Positions 13,531 to 26,778 of a stretch of 64,000 nucleotides of DNA are shown here, piece by piece (within the stretch, counting starts at the first letter, position 1; each line of letters opens with the position of its first letter). The position numbers and the translations under genes are program-made. The notes beneath the pieces were generated by a model that worked only from the letters and a program-made list of their open reading frames with translations, ran no database searches and had not been told where the DNA came from. The stretch is from Camelus dromedarius (lineage: Eukaryota), in the NCBI RefSeq assembly GCF_036321535.1, contig NC_087436.1, positions 75,084,001 through 75,148,000 on the forward strand, written 5' to 3'.

Positions 13531-14725
13531 GTTTAATTAGGTCCCATTTGTTTATTTTTGCTTTTATTTCCATTGCCTGGGTAGACTGCCCTCGGAGAAC
13601 ACCTCTAAGACTTATGTCAGAAAATGTTTTGCCTATGTTTTCTTCTAGGAGATTTATAGTGTTTTGTCTATATTTAAATCTTTAAGCCATTTTGAGTTTA
13701 TTTTGTGTATGGTGTGAGGGACTGTTCTAATGTCACTGATATCCATGCAGCTGTCAAGTTTTCCCAACACCACTTGCTGAAGAGACTGTCTTTTCTCCAC
13801 TGTATATTCTTGCCTCCTTTGTTGAAGATTAATCGACCATAAGTCTGTGGGTTTATTTCTGGGCTCTCTATTCTGTTCCATTGATCCATATATCTGTTTT
13901 TGTGCCAATACCATGCTGTTTTGATTACTGTAGCTCTGTAGTATTGTCTGAAGTCTGGGAGGGTTATTCCTCCAGCTTTGTTCTTTTTCTTCACTACTGC
14001 TTTGGCAATTCTGGGCCTTTTGTGATTCCACATAAATTTTAGGATTATTTGTTCCAGTTCTGTGAAAAATGTCCTGGGTAATTTGATAGGGATTGTATAA
14101 TCCAGCAAATCCACTCCTGAGCATATTTCTGGAGGGAACTTTAATTTGAAAAGATACATGCACCCAAATGTTCACAGCAGCACTATTTACAATAGCCAAG
14201 ACATGGAAACAACCTAAATGTCCATTGACAGATGACTGGATAAAGAAGCCGTGGTATATTTATACAATGGAATACTACTCAGCCATAAAAAAGAATAAAA
14301 TAATGCCACTTGCAGCAACATAGATGGATCTGGATATCATCATTCTAAATGAAGTAAGACAGAAAGAGAAAGAAAAATACCATATGATATCACTCATATG
14401 TGGAATATATTAAAAAAAAAAGGAAACAAAAAAGAAGACATTAATTAACTTATCTACAAAACAGAAACAGATTCACAGACATATTAACAAACTTATGGTT
14501 GCCAGGGAGATGGGGGTGGGATACTAACTACTATATATAAAATAGATAAAAAAACAAATTTCTTCTGTATGACACAAGGAACTATATTCAGTATCTTGTA
14601 GTAACCTATAATGAAAAATAATATGAAAATAATTATATGTATGTATTCGTATGACTGAAACATTATGCTCTACACCAGAAATTGACATATTGCAATTGAC
14701 TATATTTCAATAAATAAATTAAAAA
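13531..14725 (+). mobile_element. Relatively young L1 with 5' inversion (13531-~14095 inverted, ~14096-14725 sense)
   Basis: 13-bp TSD AAGAACCCATTCA at 13518-13530 and 14726-14738. ORF2 peptide IPIKLP...TAWYWHKNR on the minus strand, 3' UTR and A-tail on the plus strand. Confidence 0.92.
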
Positions 14726-16285
14726 AAGAACCCATTCAAAGTTTTCATGATGTCTCCCAATCTTTCACCACTCTAAACAAAAACAAGAGAAAATCCATGT
14801 TTTACAAATGGTAAAGCCACATATCATTATGGAAAAAATAATCTTCAAACTTTCAGAATTTCATGTTTTTGACCAGTTTTACACTTATTCAACAAATATT
14901 TACTGCAGGCCTACTATCATGTATTATACCAAGCACTAGGACTTCAACAGTGGAAAAGATGAACAGTATCCTTGCCCTCATGTACCTTACACCATTCTTA
15001 CAACATGACTTGATAAAAAAAAAAGTTATTAAATATTCTTTCAAATAATTCTATTAAGAATTTGGCATTTCTTCTTGATACTACTTTTTTTCTCCTGATC
15101 AGGTAGTTGCATTGCTCCCTATTGCCACTATGCGGAAACTAGTACAGCTAAAGGGAGAATAAAATATCCTTATCACGAAGGATGAGGGTCATGAATAGCA
15201 GATAACTTGCAGAACGGTCAAGGACAAGTAGAGAGTAGGGTTCCCAGGACAAGAATGGTAAGTTTTAAATGGCCTAATATTCGGGAATGAGACAAAGATA
15301 ACAAGGTTAAATACATATCAGTACATTTAACTTAAGGTGATGAGAAATGGTTTCTTAACCCAGGGATCGTATTTTCTCTATGATTCTTACTGGTAAACCA
15401 AATAATCAGATAAAAGTTGTACCAAGGATTCTTTTGGCCTTTAGAAATATATGGACTCAATATGTTTTATTTCTAGTCAGTTTACTATTAGGGATCTACT
15501 TCATATGCCAAGTCAAACCAGTTATCTACCCAAGAAAAATGCACAGGCATATGTAACAATAAAGCCCTGGGTATGAATGACATAAACATAATGATTGTTA
15601 TACTTCTTTCTAAAGGTAATCCAAAAATAACTTTAGGGTAATGCAGAAAGATAACTTCTTACTCTATAAAAAGGTAAAAGTATAGTCTATTCGTAAAAGT
15701 GCTCTCAGGAGGGAGAGAAAAAGCAGAAAGAATAAAACTCCTTTTCTGCATATCTAGAAATTTTCTCCCATCTTTGGCATACTAGAAGACAACAGCAGCA
15801 GCAACACAAAACATAAATACTAAAAGGAAAAATGAAGACCTGGAATTACAAATCTACCAAGCACTTCAAAATTCCAATATAAGGCTACTATTAGACAAGT
15901 TTCATTTTATTTCATCAGCAATCAATTTAGACAACCAAAGCTTATGATTCTCATCCTATCATTTCAAATTAGGTCTCTACCTAACAAACACTATGCTTTA
16001 ATGCTTTTTGTATTTAATGTCTCCCATTTATCTAAAGATACTGAATACAATCTAACTATCCCACAGAAAATGGGAGGGAATTAGACTATATTAAAATTTT
16101 CAACATCAATTTTTCTGGGACTATGAGTTCCTACCCAAACCCTTATTTTTCCACTTTTTTGATGTAGCCTGAATTTTTTATTTCTTCTGGTACATACATT
16201 CTCATCTCTTTCAATGATGTCAAAGTCCCATCTATCCCTCATAGTGGAAATCATCTTTCACCTGTTCTTTAGAATATTTCCCCAT

Positions 16286-19200
16286 GTAAAAATCAACAAG
16301 CTGATTCTAAAATGTATGTGGAAGGATCTAGAAGAAACAAAACACTTTTGAAAAAGAACTGTAAACTTGGATGTCCCCACTATCTGATATCAAGCCTTAC
16401 TAGAAAGCAACAATAATCCAAGCAGTTTGGTACTGATGGAAACATAGACGTGTATAGTTCAAGAAAACAGGACCAAGAAACCAGATATAGACCCATACAC
16501 ATACAGTCAATAGATTTTCATAAAGGTGTGAAGGTACTCAATATATCGAGAAAGGACAGATTTTTCAACAAATGGTGCTGGGAAAACTGGAGATCTGTAT
16601 GCCAAAATAAAAAAATAAGCATCAATCCACACTTTGCACCATAAACAAAATAAGTTAGAAGGATCTAAGCTTAAGCGTAAAACCAAAAACTATAAAACTT
16701 ATAAAAGAAAATATAAGAGAAAAATCTTTGTGACCCTGGATTAGGTAAACATTTCTTAGATAAAACAAAAGCACAATCCATAAAAAAAATACTGACAAAC
16801 TAGATTTCTTAAAAATTTAAAACATCTGATCTTTGGAACATGATTGAAAAGACATGTCCAGGGATTGAGAATAAATATCTGCAAAACACTTATGTGAAAA
16901 AGTACTCCAGAATATATAAAGTACTCTCAGAACAAAATTATAAGAAAATATGTGCTGCAGAAGTGAACATGATATTCCAATTTTTTAAAAAGTGGCAAAA
17001 ACATTTAACAGAGATTTCACCAAGAAGATACACAGACAGAAAATAAGCACATGAAAAAATGCTCAACATAAGGCATTAGGGAAATGCAACTTAAAATCAC
17101 AATTAGATATCACTACATACCTATTAAAATGATTACACGGAAACTTAACAATAGCTAAGACTGACAAGGAAGCCTCCCACACATACACCCACATCCTTGT
17201 GTATATGTTTATACATATACACATATTTGTACATACATCCATACATACACAAACCCTCATATTTTGTTGGTGGGAAAGCACAATAGTACTGCCACTTCAG
17301 AAGACAGTTTGGTAGCTTCTCATAAAGTTATAAACACATTTATACAACCCAGCAATCCTATCCCCAGGTATTTACCCGAGTAAAATTAAAACTTATGCTC
17401 ATACAAAAATTCATGCATAAATATTTGTAGCAAGTTTATTTATAACCACCCAAAACTGGAAAAAACCCAAATGACCTTCAACTGACAAAAAGGTAAACTG
17501 TGGTACAGCCATACAGTGAAATATTACTCAGCAATAAAAAAGGATTGAACTAATGATACACACAACATGGATGAATGGCAAATGCATTAATGCTAAATTA
17601 AAGATGCCATACTCAAAAGGCTATACACAATATACCTCAATATAATAAAGGCCATGTATGACAAGCCCACAACATACATCGTACTCAATGGTGAAAACCT
17701 GAATGCTTTTCCTCTAAGATCAGGAACAAGACAAGGATGCCTACTCTTGCCACTTTCATTCAACACGGTACTGAAAGTCTTAGCCAGAGCAATTAGATAG
17801 GAAAAAGAAAGAAAGAAAAAAAAAGATCCAAATCTAAAAGGAAGTACAACTATTTGTTTGCAGGTAACATGTTATCACATATAGCTAAAGACTCTACAAA
17901 AAAACTGTTAGAGTAAATGAATTCGGTAAAGTTACAGGATACAAAATCAATATACAAAAAATCTGTTGTTTCTATACACTAATAACAAACTATCAGAGAA
18001 ATTCAGAAAAAAAAACAGATTAACATTTGTTTCAAAAAGAATAAAATACTTAGGAATAAATTTAACCAAGGTGAAAGACCTTACACTGAAAACTGTAACA
18101 CACTGATGAAAGAAACTAAAGACACAAACTGATGGAAAGATACTCCATGCTCATGGATTGGAAGAATTAATACTGTCAAAATATCCATAAATGCCCAAAG
18201 CAATCTGCAGATTCAACGCAATCCTGATAAAATTCTCATGGCATTTTTCACAGAAATAGAACAAACAATCCTAAAATTTATATGGAACCACAAAAGACGC
18301 TGAAGAGCCAAAGAAATCTGGAGAAAGAACAAAGCTGTAGACATGCTTCCTGATTTCTTACTGTATTACAAAGCAATAAACAGTATGATTTTGAATAAAA
18401 ACAGATACATCACTCAATGGAACAAAACAGAGAGACCAGAAATAAACCCACAAATATACAATCAGTTAATTTATAACAAAGGAGCCAAGAACATACAATG
18501 GGAAAAGAACAGTTGCTTCAGTAAGTGATGATGGGAAAACTGAACAGCCTATCATACACCATACACAAAAATCAACTCAAAATTAATTAAAGAACTGAAT
18601 ATAGACTCAAAACCATAAAACTCCTAGAAGAAAACATAGGGTGTAAATTCCTTGACTTAGCAATGCTTTTGGGGGTTTGACACAAAAGCAAAGGAAACAA
18701 AAACAAAAATAAACATGTTGGACTAAATCAAACTAAAAAGCTCCTGCTCGGTAAAAGAAACCATCAACAAAATGAAATGGCAACCTACAGAACGCGAGAA
18801 AATATTTGTAAATCATATATCTGACAAGAAGTTAATATCCAAAATATATAAAGAACTCATACAACTCAATAGGAAAAAAATCCCATTTAAAAATGGGCAA
18901 AGTATCTAAACAGACACTTTTCAAAATAGGTACATGAAGAGGGGCTCAACATCACTATTTATCAGGGAAATGCAAATCAAAGCCACAATGAGGTATCACC
19001 TCACATCTGTTAAAATAGCTATTATCAAAAAGACAAGAGACAAGTGTTGGTGAGGATGTGGAGAAAAGGGAACCCTTGCACACTGTTAGTGGGAATGTAA
19101 ACTGGTACAGCCACTATGGAAAACAGTAAGGAGGTTCCTCAAAAAATTGAAAACAGAACTACAGTATGATCCAGTAATTCCACTTTGGGTATTTATTCCA

Positions 19201-20045
19201 AGAAAACAAAATCACTACCAGAAAAGATACCTGCACCCTCATGTTCACTGCAGCATTATTTACAATAGCCAAACATACAACCCATCTATGTGTCCATCAA
19301 CAGATGAAGGGATAAAGAAAATGTGATACACATACATATACACTCACTCACAAAACACACAATGAAATATCAGTCATTAAAAAAAAAAAAAGGAAATCCT
19401 GTCATTTGAAACAACATAGATCGATTCTGAAGGTACTATCCTAAGTGATGTAAGTCAGACATAGAAAGACAAATACTGTAACTCACTTTAATGTGGAATC
19501 CAAAAAAACAAACAAACAAATAAACAAATAAATATACTCATAGACTGATTGGTGGCTGCCAGAGGCAGGGGTTGGGGAGGGGGGCAAAATGGGTGAAGGG
19601 AGTCAAGAGGTAGAAACTTCCAGTTACAAAACAAGTCCCGGGGATGTAATACACAACTTGGTGACTAAAGTTAGTAATACCGTACAGTACATCTGAAAGT
19701 TGCTAAGAGAAATCTTGAAAGTTTTCATCATACACACACAAAAAAATTGTATAACTATGCAGTGAAGAATGTTAACGAAACTCACCTCGTGGTAATCATT
19801 TCACAGTATATGCATGTATCAAGTCATTATGCTGTACACCTGAAACTAATACAATGTTACATGTCAATTATAATCTCAAATTTTTAAAAAGGCTATGTAC
19901 TATATAAATCCATTTATGATATTCCAGAATAATCTAAACTATGGGGACAGAATACTGATAAGTGACTGCTAGGGGCAAGGGGTGGAGGGAGGGCTAGACT
20001 ATAATGAGGATAAAGCAATTTTCGTGATGATGTGAACTACATATA
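16286..20045 (+). mobile_element. Old L1 (L1MB/MC-like) 3' part, interrupted by a nested L1 at ~17625-19886
   Basis: ORF2 remnants (FFNKWCWENW). The host 3' UTR resumes after the nested element. Confidence 0.8.
17625..19886 (+). mobile_element. Nested ~2.3 kb 5'-truncated L1 (L1MA-like)
   Basis: Starts in the RT region (aatggtgaaaacctgaatgcttttcctctaagatcaggaacaagacaagg), runs to the 3' UTR, and is flanked by AAAAGGCTAT repeats. Confidence 0.88.
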
Positions 20046-22519
20046 CTGGTTAATCTATAATTACTCATAATATCATCATCAGAAATACACTCAAGAAATA
20101 AAATAATTTAAGTCTTCTTGTCTCTTGGTAAAGCAAAACAACCGGGGAAAATTACTTTACCATTCAAAACACCATTTAAGAGAGTAAAAACAGAAAATAA
20201 ACAAACAGAATGTATGATTCCCCTATCTCTAGCTTCACCTCAAGGCATTTATAAATATGTCAGCCTAAATATAGCATAAATTGAGTTTATCCAGTAAAAT
20301 CACAAAAATTAAAACCACAGATTTTGCAGACTTTTAGTAACAATGCCAAAGAGTTATAATAAGTCAACTTTATTAATGACTAATAAATTCTAACAGGGCT
20401 TATGGTGACCCAGGATATTAGAAAAGTTCCTCCACCCCCACAATCCTCTAACACACACACATGAGAGAGAGGGATTATAAGCAGTTCAAAGCTGCTAAAA
20501 ATATCGCTGAAGGCATGGAGAGAGAGTGCTGTATAGGTTGGCAGAGGAAAGATCATGGAAAGTTCAAAAATCTATTTATGCTCTCCTGACTCTTTCCTAT
20601 AGACCACACTCCTAACATGAAAAACTGCCAGCCATAAGAGAGTCTAGTAACAACATGACACTATCAATCGTGGCTGCCTCCTTCCTTCATCCCTTTAACT
20701 TTCTTCTGCTCAACAGCATTTCTTTTAGTCACATTTCCAAGAGGACCTTTATCCTCTACTGATTCAGCTGTCACATTCTTAAAGAAATTATAATTGAGGG
20801 TATAAATTTATTAATAATAAATAACAAAAACACACAAATTCTCTCTACATGTATACATGCCTTAAAAACCCTGTAGTTATATGAATTATAAAATATCCTT
20901 GTCACTTCCCATCATAAAAGCAGACTACAGCATAGGAGACTACAGAATTTGACTGTCATCACATTTAACCCATTTTTCAGCATGCACAATTATAATCACT
21001 TGTGTAGTGAACAGATTCAGTTATAAGATGACTAACTGAATTTTAAAATGTGTACTCATACTCTTCTTTGAAATTGAAACTTAAAGCAGACTATCTCTCA
21101 ATTCAGGATTCTTCAGGGTCAGCAACTAGACTATCTTCTAGTTCTAAAATAAATTCTTTCAGATTTTGAAAATAAACATGAGGTAGAAATCTAGATTTAG
21201 ATTATTCCGTCTTAAAGAACGATTTTATGCCACAGAAGAAATGCAACAAAATCCCAAGTTTATGCCCCCAAGGGTTAATTTAAAATTCCCTCTCAGTGAT
21301 AGTTGGCTGTAATTTTAGAAATGTCTCATTAATTAAAGTATCCCAGAAAATTTCTATTCAGAAATTTCAGATTAACACATATTTAATGAAAATCACTATA
21401 ATTTAATGTATACAAAAATGGCTGCATTAAAAATATCATAAAATTTCTAAATTAATACTAAGTTAATGAATGATACTGTAATTTTGTTTTTATACATAAA
21501 CATATCAAATACAGCAAGAAAAAGCTACAGCAATCCAACTCCATACAACTGAGGCAGACAAATGAACTGCCTCAGGAAAAAAAATTTCTACAATTCAGTT
21601 TCCACATGATTTTGAAGAGGGAAAGTTAGAATGCAAGAAATGCACCAAATAATAAAATCCCATGTTCTCAGGAGGCAATTCCAAAGTGAATAAATGAAAA
21701 AGGACTCCCCAGTGATGGTTAGGAAGTGATGCCAGTTATTCCAAAATGTGACCAAAAATACATACAGTAGTAACTAAAAGATCATATATTCTATACTTAA
21801 CTTGTAAACTTAACTTTCACAAACTCTTATTATTGCACTTGTTATCCTTACTTTTAAGGACTAGCCTCCAAAAAAACTTGTAACTTTTTTACAGTGATAA
21901 TAGCCTATTAACAAGTTTCCTTTAATAAGCACCCTAAAATTCCATGATTTTCTTAGACAGACACATGGGATTCAAATAATGACAGTTTTTCAAAGCAGCA
22001 CAAAACTTACATTCCACAGAATTGGTTTACCCAAAATTCTATCACTTGGTCCTCTCTGATACTCAATATTTGTGCCAATCTACAGTTCTGCAGTAAATAA
22101 TTCCAAAGAAAAACACTAAGTTATAATAGGCATAGACTGGATGCTTATTTTTTGGTAGCCTAACCTAACAGTTGGCAATCTATATGTAGCAAAAAGCATC
22201 TCAAAAAATCAGAACAGTCCACTCTCCAATTGTGGAAGGGCACTAATTCAATTTTTTTTAATTGTTGAACATTTAAATCTGTGGGAAAGTATTCACGATG
22301 TACTGCTAACTGAAAACAAAAACTGACTGCATATAGCATAATCCCATCTTTGTAACAAAACAGTGTATATATATGAAATCTGTACCAATGGGTATGGAAA
22401 AAGTCTGAAAGAATGATAGAATTATGGATAATTTTTGTCCTAGTTAGCTATATCCTCTAATTTTTCTATACTGACAATAAATTGTTCTTGTAATATGAAG
22501 TAAAGAACAATTTAATTAA

Positions 22520-23190
22520 TAAACTTTACTTTTAAGCAATTTTAGATATACAGTAAAACTTAGCAGAAAGTACTGAGTTCCCATACTCCGTGTCCCCACA
22601 CAGCACAATACTTCCAACATTTGCTACAATCAATGAACCTACATTGACACATCATCCCCCAAAGTTTATAGCTTACAATAGGGTTCACTCTTGCTGTTTT
22701 ACATTCTATGTATTTTGACCTATGTATGATGATAAGTATCTACTAAAGTAGCACTGTACAGAATAGTTTCACTGCCCTAAAAAATCTTCTGTGCACTGCC
22801 TCTTGATCCCTCCCTCTCCTCTAACCCCTGGCAACCACTGATAATTTTACTATCTCCAAGGTTTTGCCTCTTCCAGAATAGAATGTCCAATAGTTGGAGT
22901 CATATAGTATGGAGCCTTTTCAGAGTGGCTTCTTTCACTCAGAAATATGTACTTCAGTTTCCTCCATGTCTTTTCATAGCTTGATAGCCTGTTTCTTTTT
23001 AACACTGAGTAATATTTCCATTGTCTGGATTTGCCACAGTTTATCCACTCACCTACTAAAGGACAACTTAGTTGCTTCCAAGCTTTAGCAATCATGATGA
23101 AGGTTCTATAAACACCCAAGTACAAGTTTTTGTGTAGACATAATTTTTCAATCCATTTGGGTAAATACCAAAGAGCATGACTTCCAAGAA
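22520..23190 (-). mobile_element. L1MB/MC-type 3' end
   Basis: aacccctggcaaccactga...tttcactcagaaatatg...ttgcttccaagctttagcaatcatga, an L1 3' UTR in reverse orientation. Confidence 0.8.
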
Positions 23191-23248
23191 ATACTGAAAC
23201 AACAAATCACAGTCTCAAATTACAGCACACACTGAAGTCCCCTCTAAA

Positions 23249-23464
23249 AAATGGTCCTCAATCAGGTATGATTTTGCCATTCGGGGGACATTTAACAACA
23301 TCTTGAAATATTTTGGGTTGTCACAACTTGGGGGTATGCTGCTAATGGCTTCTAGTAAGTAGAGGTCATGGATGCTGCTAAACATCTTACAACGCTCAGG
23401 ACAGGCCCTCACAACAAGGAATATCTGGCTCAAAATGTCAATACTGCCAAGGTTGAGAATCCTG
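23249..23464. mobile_element. MER20-like hAT DNA transposon fossil
   Basis: ggggacattt...tttgggttgtcacaact...gtagaggtcatggatgctgctaaacatcttaca...gccaaggttgagaatcctg. Confidence 0.8.
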
Positions 23465-23699
23465 CACAGAAGTGAGTCCAGAGTATGACGTATGTTAAAC
23501 AAGTGTTTAGAAAATCAAGTACTACTGCAAAAATGTCACTTACAATAGAAAGGGAAAAGTCAAAGGTTATGAGTCCTACTTACCCGAAAGTTCTTGACTA
23601 AAGACATCCTGGCCAATTAAAATTGTCTACAGGTAGTAAGAGGAGCAGACAGGCATTCCATTAAAGGCTGAGCATCTTAGCAATTTCCATGACACAAAT

Positions 23700-23940
23700 A
23701 ACAGGTTATAACTACCATTCAATGAGTACCAACCATATTAAAACGTCATTCATAGTGTTCTACATGTATTAATTTACTTGATAATCACAACTACTCTCAA
23801 GTTGTAGGTGTTTTAATTATCTCTGTTTTGGAGAAGCAAAGAGAACTTGCCTCTGGTTACATGGCTAAAGAGCAGCAGAGCTGGGATTTTTACCCAAGCA
23901 GCCTGGTTCTACAGCCCCAGTCTTATCCAATATACCATTA
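23700..23940 (-). mobile_element. MIR fossil
   Basis: taatcacaactactctcaagttgtaggtg...attatctctgttttg...agagctgggatttt. Confidence 0.6.
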
Positions 23941-24399
23941 CCACTTCATATGCTCAACCTGGAAGTCTGAGGACAGAGCAGCAGAACAGAGAGAAACTTC
24001 ACAAGAACTCTGGGCCTTCTCCTGAGTACTAAACAGCAGCCATCAACTGCTGAGTGTCAGGCACTTTCAAGTCAGCACAAGCCAACTCAAGCACACCACT
24101 GTAGCACACCACTGACTTCCCCTCTCCTATAGCTCCTCAAGTTTGTTGGAGTCAATTCTGCTTCACTGAAAAATTCAAATCAAACATCAGCTTGCTCTGA
24201 GCTGTACCTAGCAAAATTTATTTACTTCTCCCACTGCACCTCCAAGGAGGTTCATGCATTAAATAATACATATGAATTGCTCTTTATTTATAAGAATGTA
24301 TGTATCTTATTATATAAGAACAGAATTAAAATTTTAGGAAAAAAATAGAAGGAAACAGAAATCATATGTAGTCCAGTAGTTCTCAACCATGGTTAGCCT

Positions 24400-26590
24400 T
24401 TCAGGAAGAAATACGAATTCTATGCAAACTCTTCCATAAAGTTGTGGTGAACATTACCCTAATATGAAAACCAAACAAGGACAGTACATGAAATGTTTTT
24501 AAAATTTTTAGCAAACCAAAACCAGTAATGTATAAAAAGGGTGATATAACAAGTTGTGACTATCCCAGGAATGCAAGGCTGTTTAACACTCCAAAAAAAT
24601 CAATATAATCCACCTTTATCCAGACTAATATATATTATATAATATCATCAACAGAGGCATAAAAAGCACTTTTAAATAATCTAAACCACTATTCTTATTT
24701 GAAAAGAAAAAGAACTCTCATTTAAAAAATAAAAGGAAATGTACTGTTTGATAAATGGCATCTATGAAAAATCTATAGCTAACATCATACTTACTAGTGA
24801 AATTTTGAATGCTTTCTTGCTCAATTCTATTCAACTTTGTATTGCAGGTTCCAGCCCATGTTATCAGGCAAGAAAAAGATATAAAAAGCATTGAAACTGG
24901 AAGGAGGAACTAAACTCATCTTTATTCTCGGATGACACAATTGTGTATAATCAGAAAATTCTACAGAATCTAAAAAAAAGGTACGGAACTAGTAAGTTTA
25001 GCAAGACGGTGGGACACAATACAAATATACAGCCCCCCAAAAAAACTACTGCATTTCTGTACAAAAGCAACAAGCAAACAGAAACTAAAATTTTTAGAAT
25101 ACTATTTATAACAGTATCAAAAATTATACACTTAGAGATTAATACGAAAAAATGTGCAAGACCTGTACACTGAAAACTGTAACACACTGCTGAGAAAAAT
25201 TAAAGAGCTAAGTAAATGAAGACATATAGCATGTTCATATGACAGAAGACTCAACACTGTCAAAGATGTTAATTCTCCCCAAATTCACCTATAGAGTGAA
25301 CGCAATTCCAATCAAATTCCAGCAGGTAGTTTTCATAGAAATTGACAAGCTTACTCTAAAATTTACATGGAAATATTAAGGACCTAGAACAGCCAAAGTA
25401 ACTTTGAAAAGGAAAAATAAAATTAGAAGACTTATACTACCTGATATCAAGAATTACTATAAAGGTATAGTAATCCTGGTAATGAGGTATCAGCATAAAG
25501 ATAAACAAACAGATGAAGAGAATAGAGTCTAGAAGTAAACTCACATATATATAGGCAATTTTAAACAGAGGTACCAAGGCAATTCAATAGGGAAAGGATA
25601 ATCTTTAATAAGTAGTGCTGGAGCAATTAGATTGTCATACTCAAACAACGCAACCTCAATCTTTACACTTCACTTAGTAATCACAACTACCCTAAATTGT
25701 AGATGTTTTCATTATCGCTATTTTAAAGAGGTACAGGGAACTGTAAATATAAAAGCTAAAATTGTAAAATATCTCTTAGAAAACAAGAGAAAATCTTAGC
25801 GATCATGTGTTTAGCAAAGATTTCTTAAACAACAGAAAAACAGTATGATCCATAAAAAAAAAAATTGATAAGCTGAACTTCACCAAAATAAGAACTTTTT
25901 TGTTCTTTGAAAAACACTGTAATATGCAAAAGCAAATCACAGACTGGGAAAAAAATATTTGCAAATCATATGTATAATATAAAATTATATCCAGCATAAA
26001 TAAATAAAGGGCTCTCAAAAGTCAGTAATAAGAAAATTTTCTTATTAGACAAAACATCTTAACATATACTTTACCCATTAAGACATATGTATGGCAAATA
26101 AGTACATGATAAGATGCTCAATGTCATTAGTCATTAGGGAAATGAAAATTAAACCACAATGAGATACTATCTACCAGAATGGCTAAATTTAAAGACTGAT
26201 GAGGTGATAATGTGGGGCAACTGGAATGCTCATATGCTGCAGGTAAGGATGAAAAATAGTACAACACTGGAAAACAGTTTCATAGTTTATTAAAGAGTTA
26301 AATATTAAATATATACCTATCACATGATGCAGACATTCCACTCCAAAATATTTACCCAAAAACATAAAAACATATGTACACTCAAAGACTCAATTAAACT
26401 CAAATGTTCTTAGCAATTTTATCTGTAATAGCTAAAAACTGTAAACAACCCAAATGCCTATCAACAGGCTAATAGATAAATAAAATGTGGAACAATAAAG
26501 TATTACTCAGTAATAAAGAGGAATGACCTATTGATACACATGACAACATGGGTAAATTTCAAAATAATTTTGCTGAATGAAAGGAAACAA
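24400..26590 (+). mobile_element. Old degraded L1 (ORF2 to 3' UTR)
   Basis: ORF2 motifs ccagggaatgcaagg, gaaattgacaagct and gggaaatgaaaattaaaccacaatgagatac. Confidence 0.8.
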
Positions 26591-26759
26591 CATTGATAAT
26601 TGCAGCAAATTGATTCTTAGGCAAAAAATGATATTCAAAACATTGATCTAGAAGCATGGAATTTGAAGAGTAGGAGGTCCATACAGGTCTTGATTTTAAA
26701 ACAGCCCAGTACAAGACCTATAAATTAATAAACTGCTATATCAATTCTCATTTTTCTTC

Positions 26760-26778
26760 ATATATATATATATATATA
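26760..26778. repeat. (TA)n microsatellite
   Basis: atatatatatatatatata. Confidence 0.9.

Noticed and set aside
13654..14199. ORFs of 181 aa and 153 aa on the minus strand
   Set aside because: L1 ORF2 fragment and its alternative frame, fused across the inversion junction. Not a host gene.
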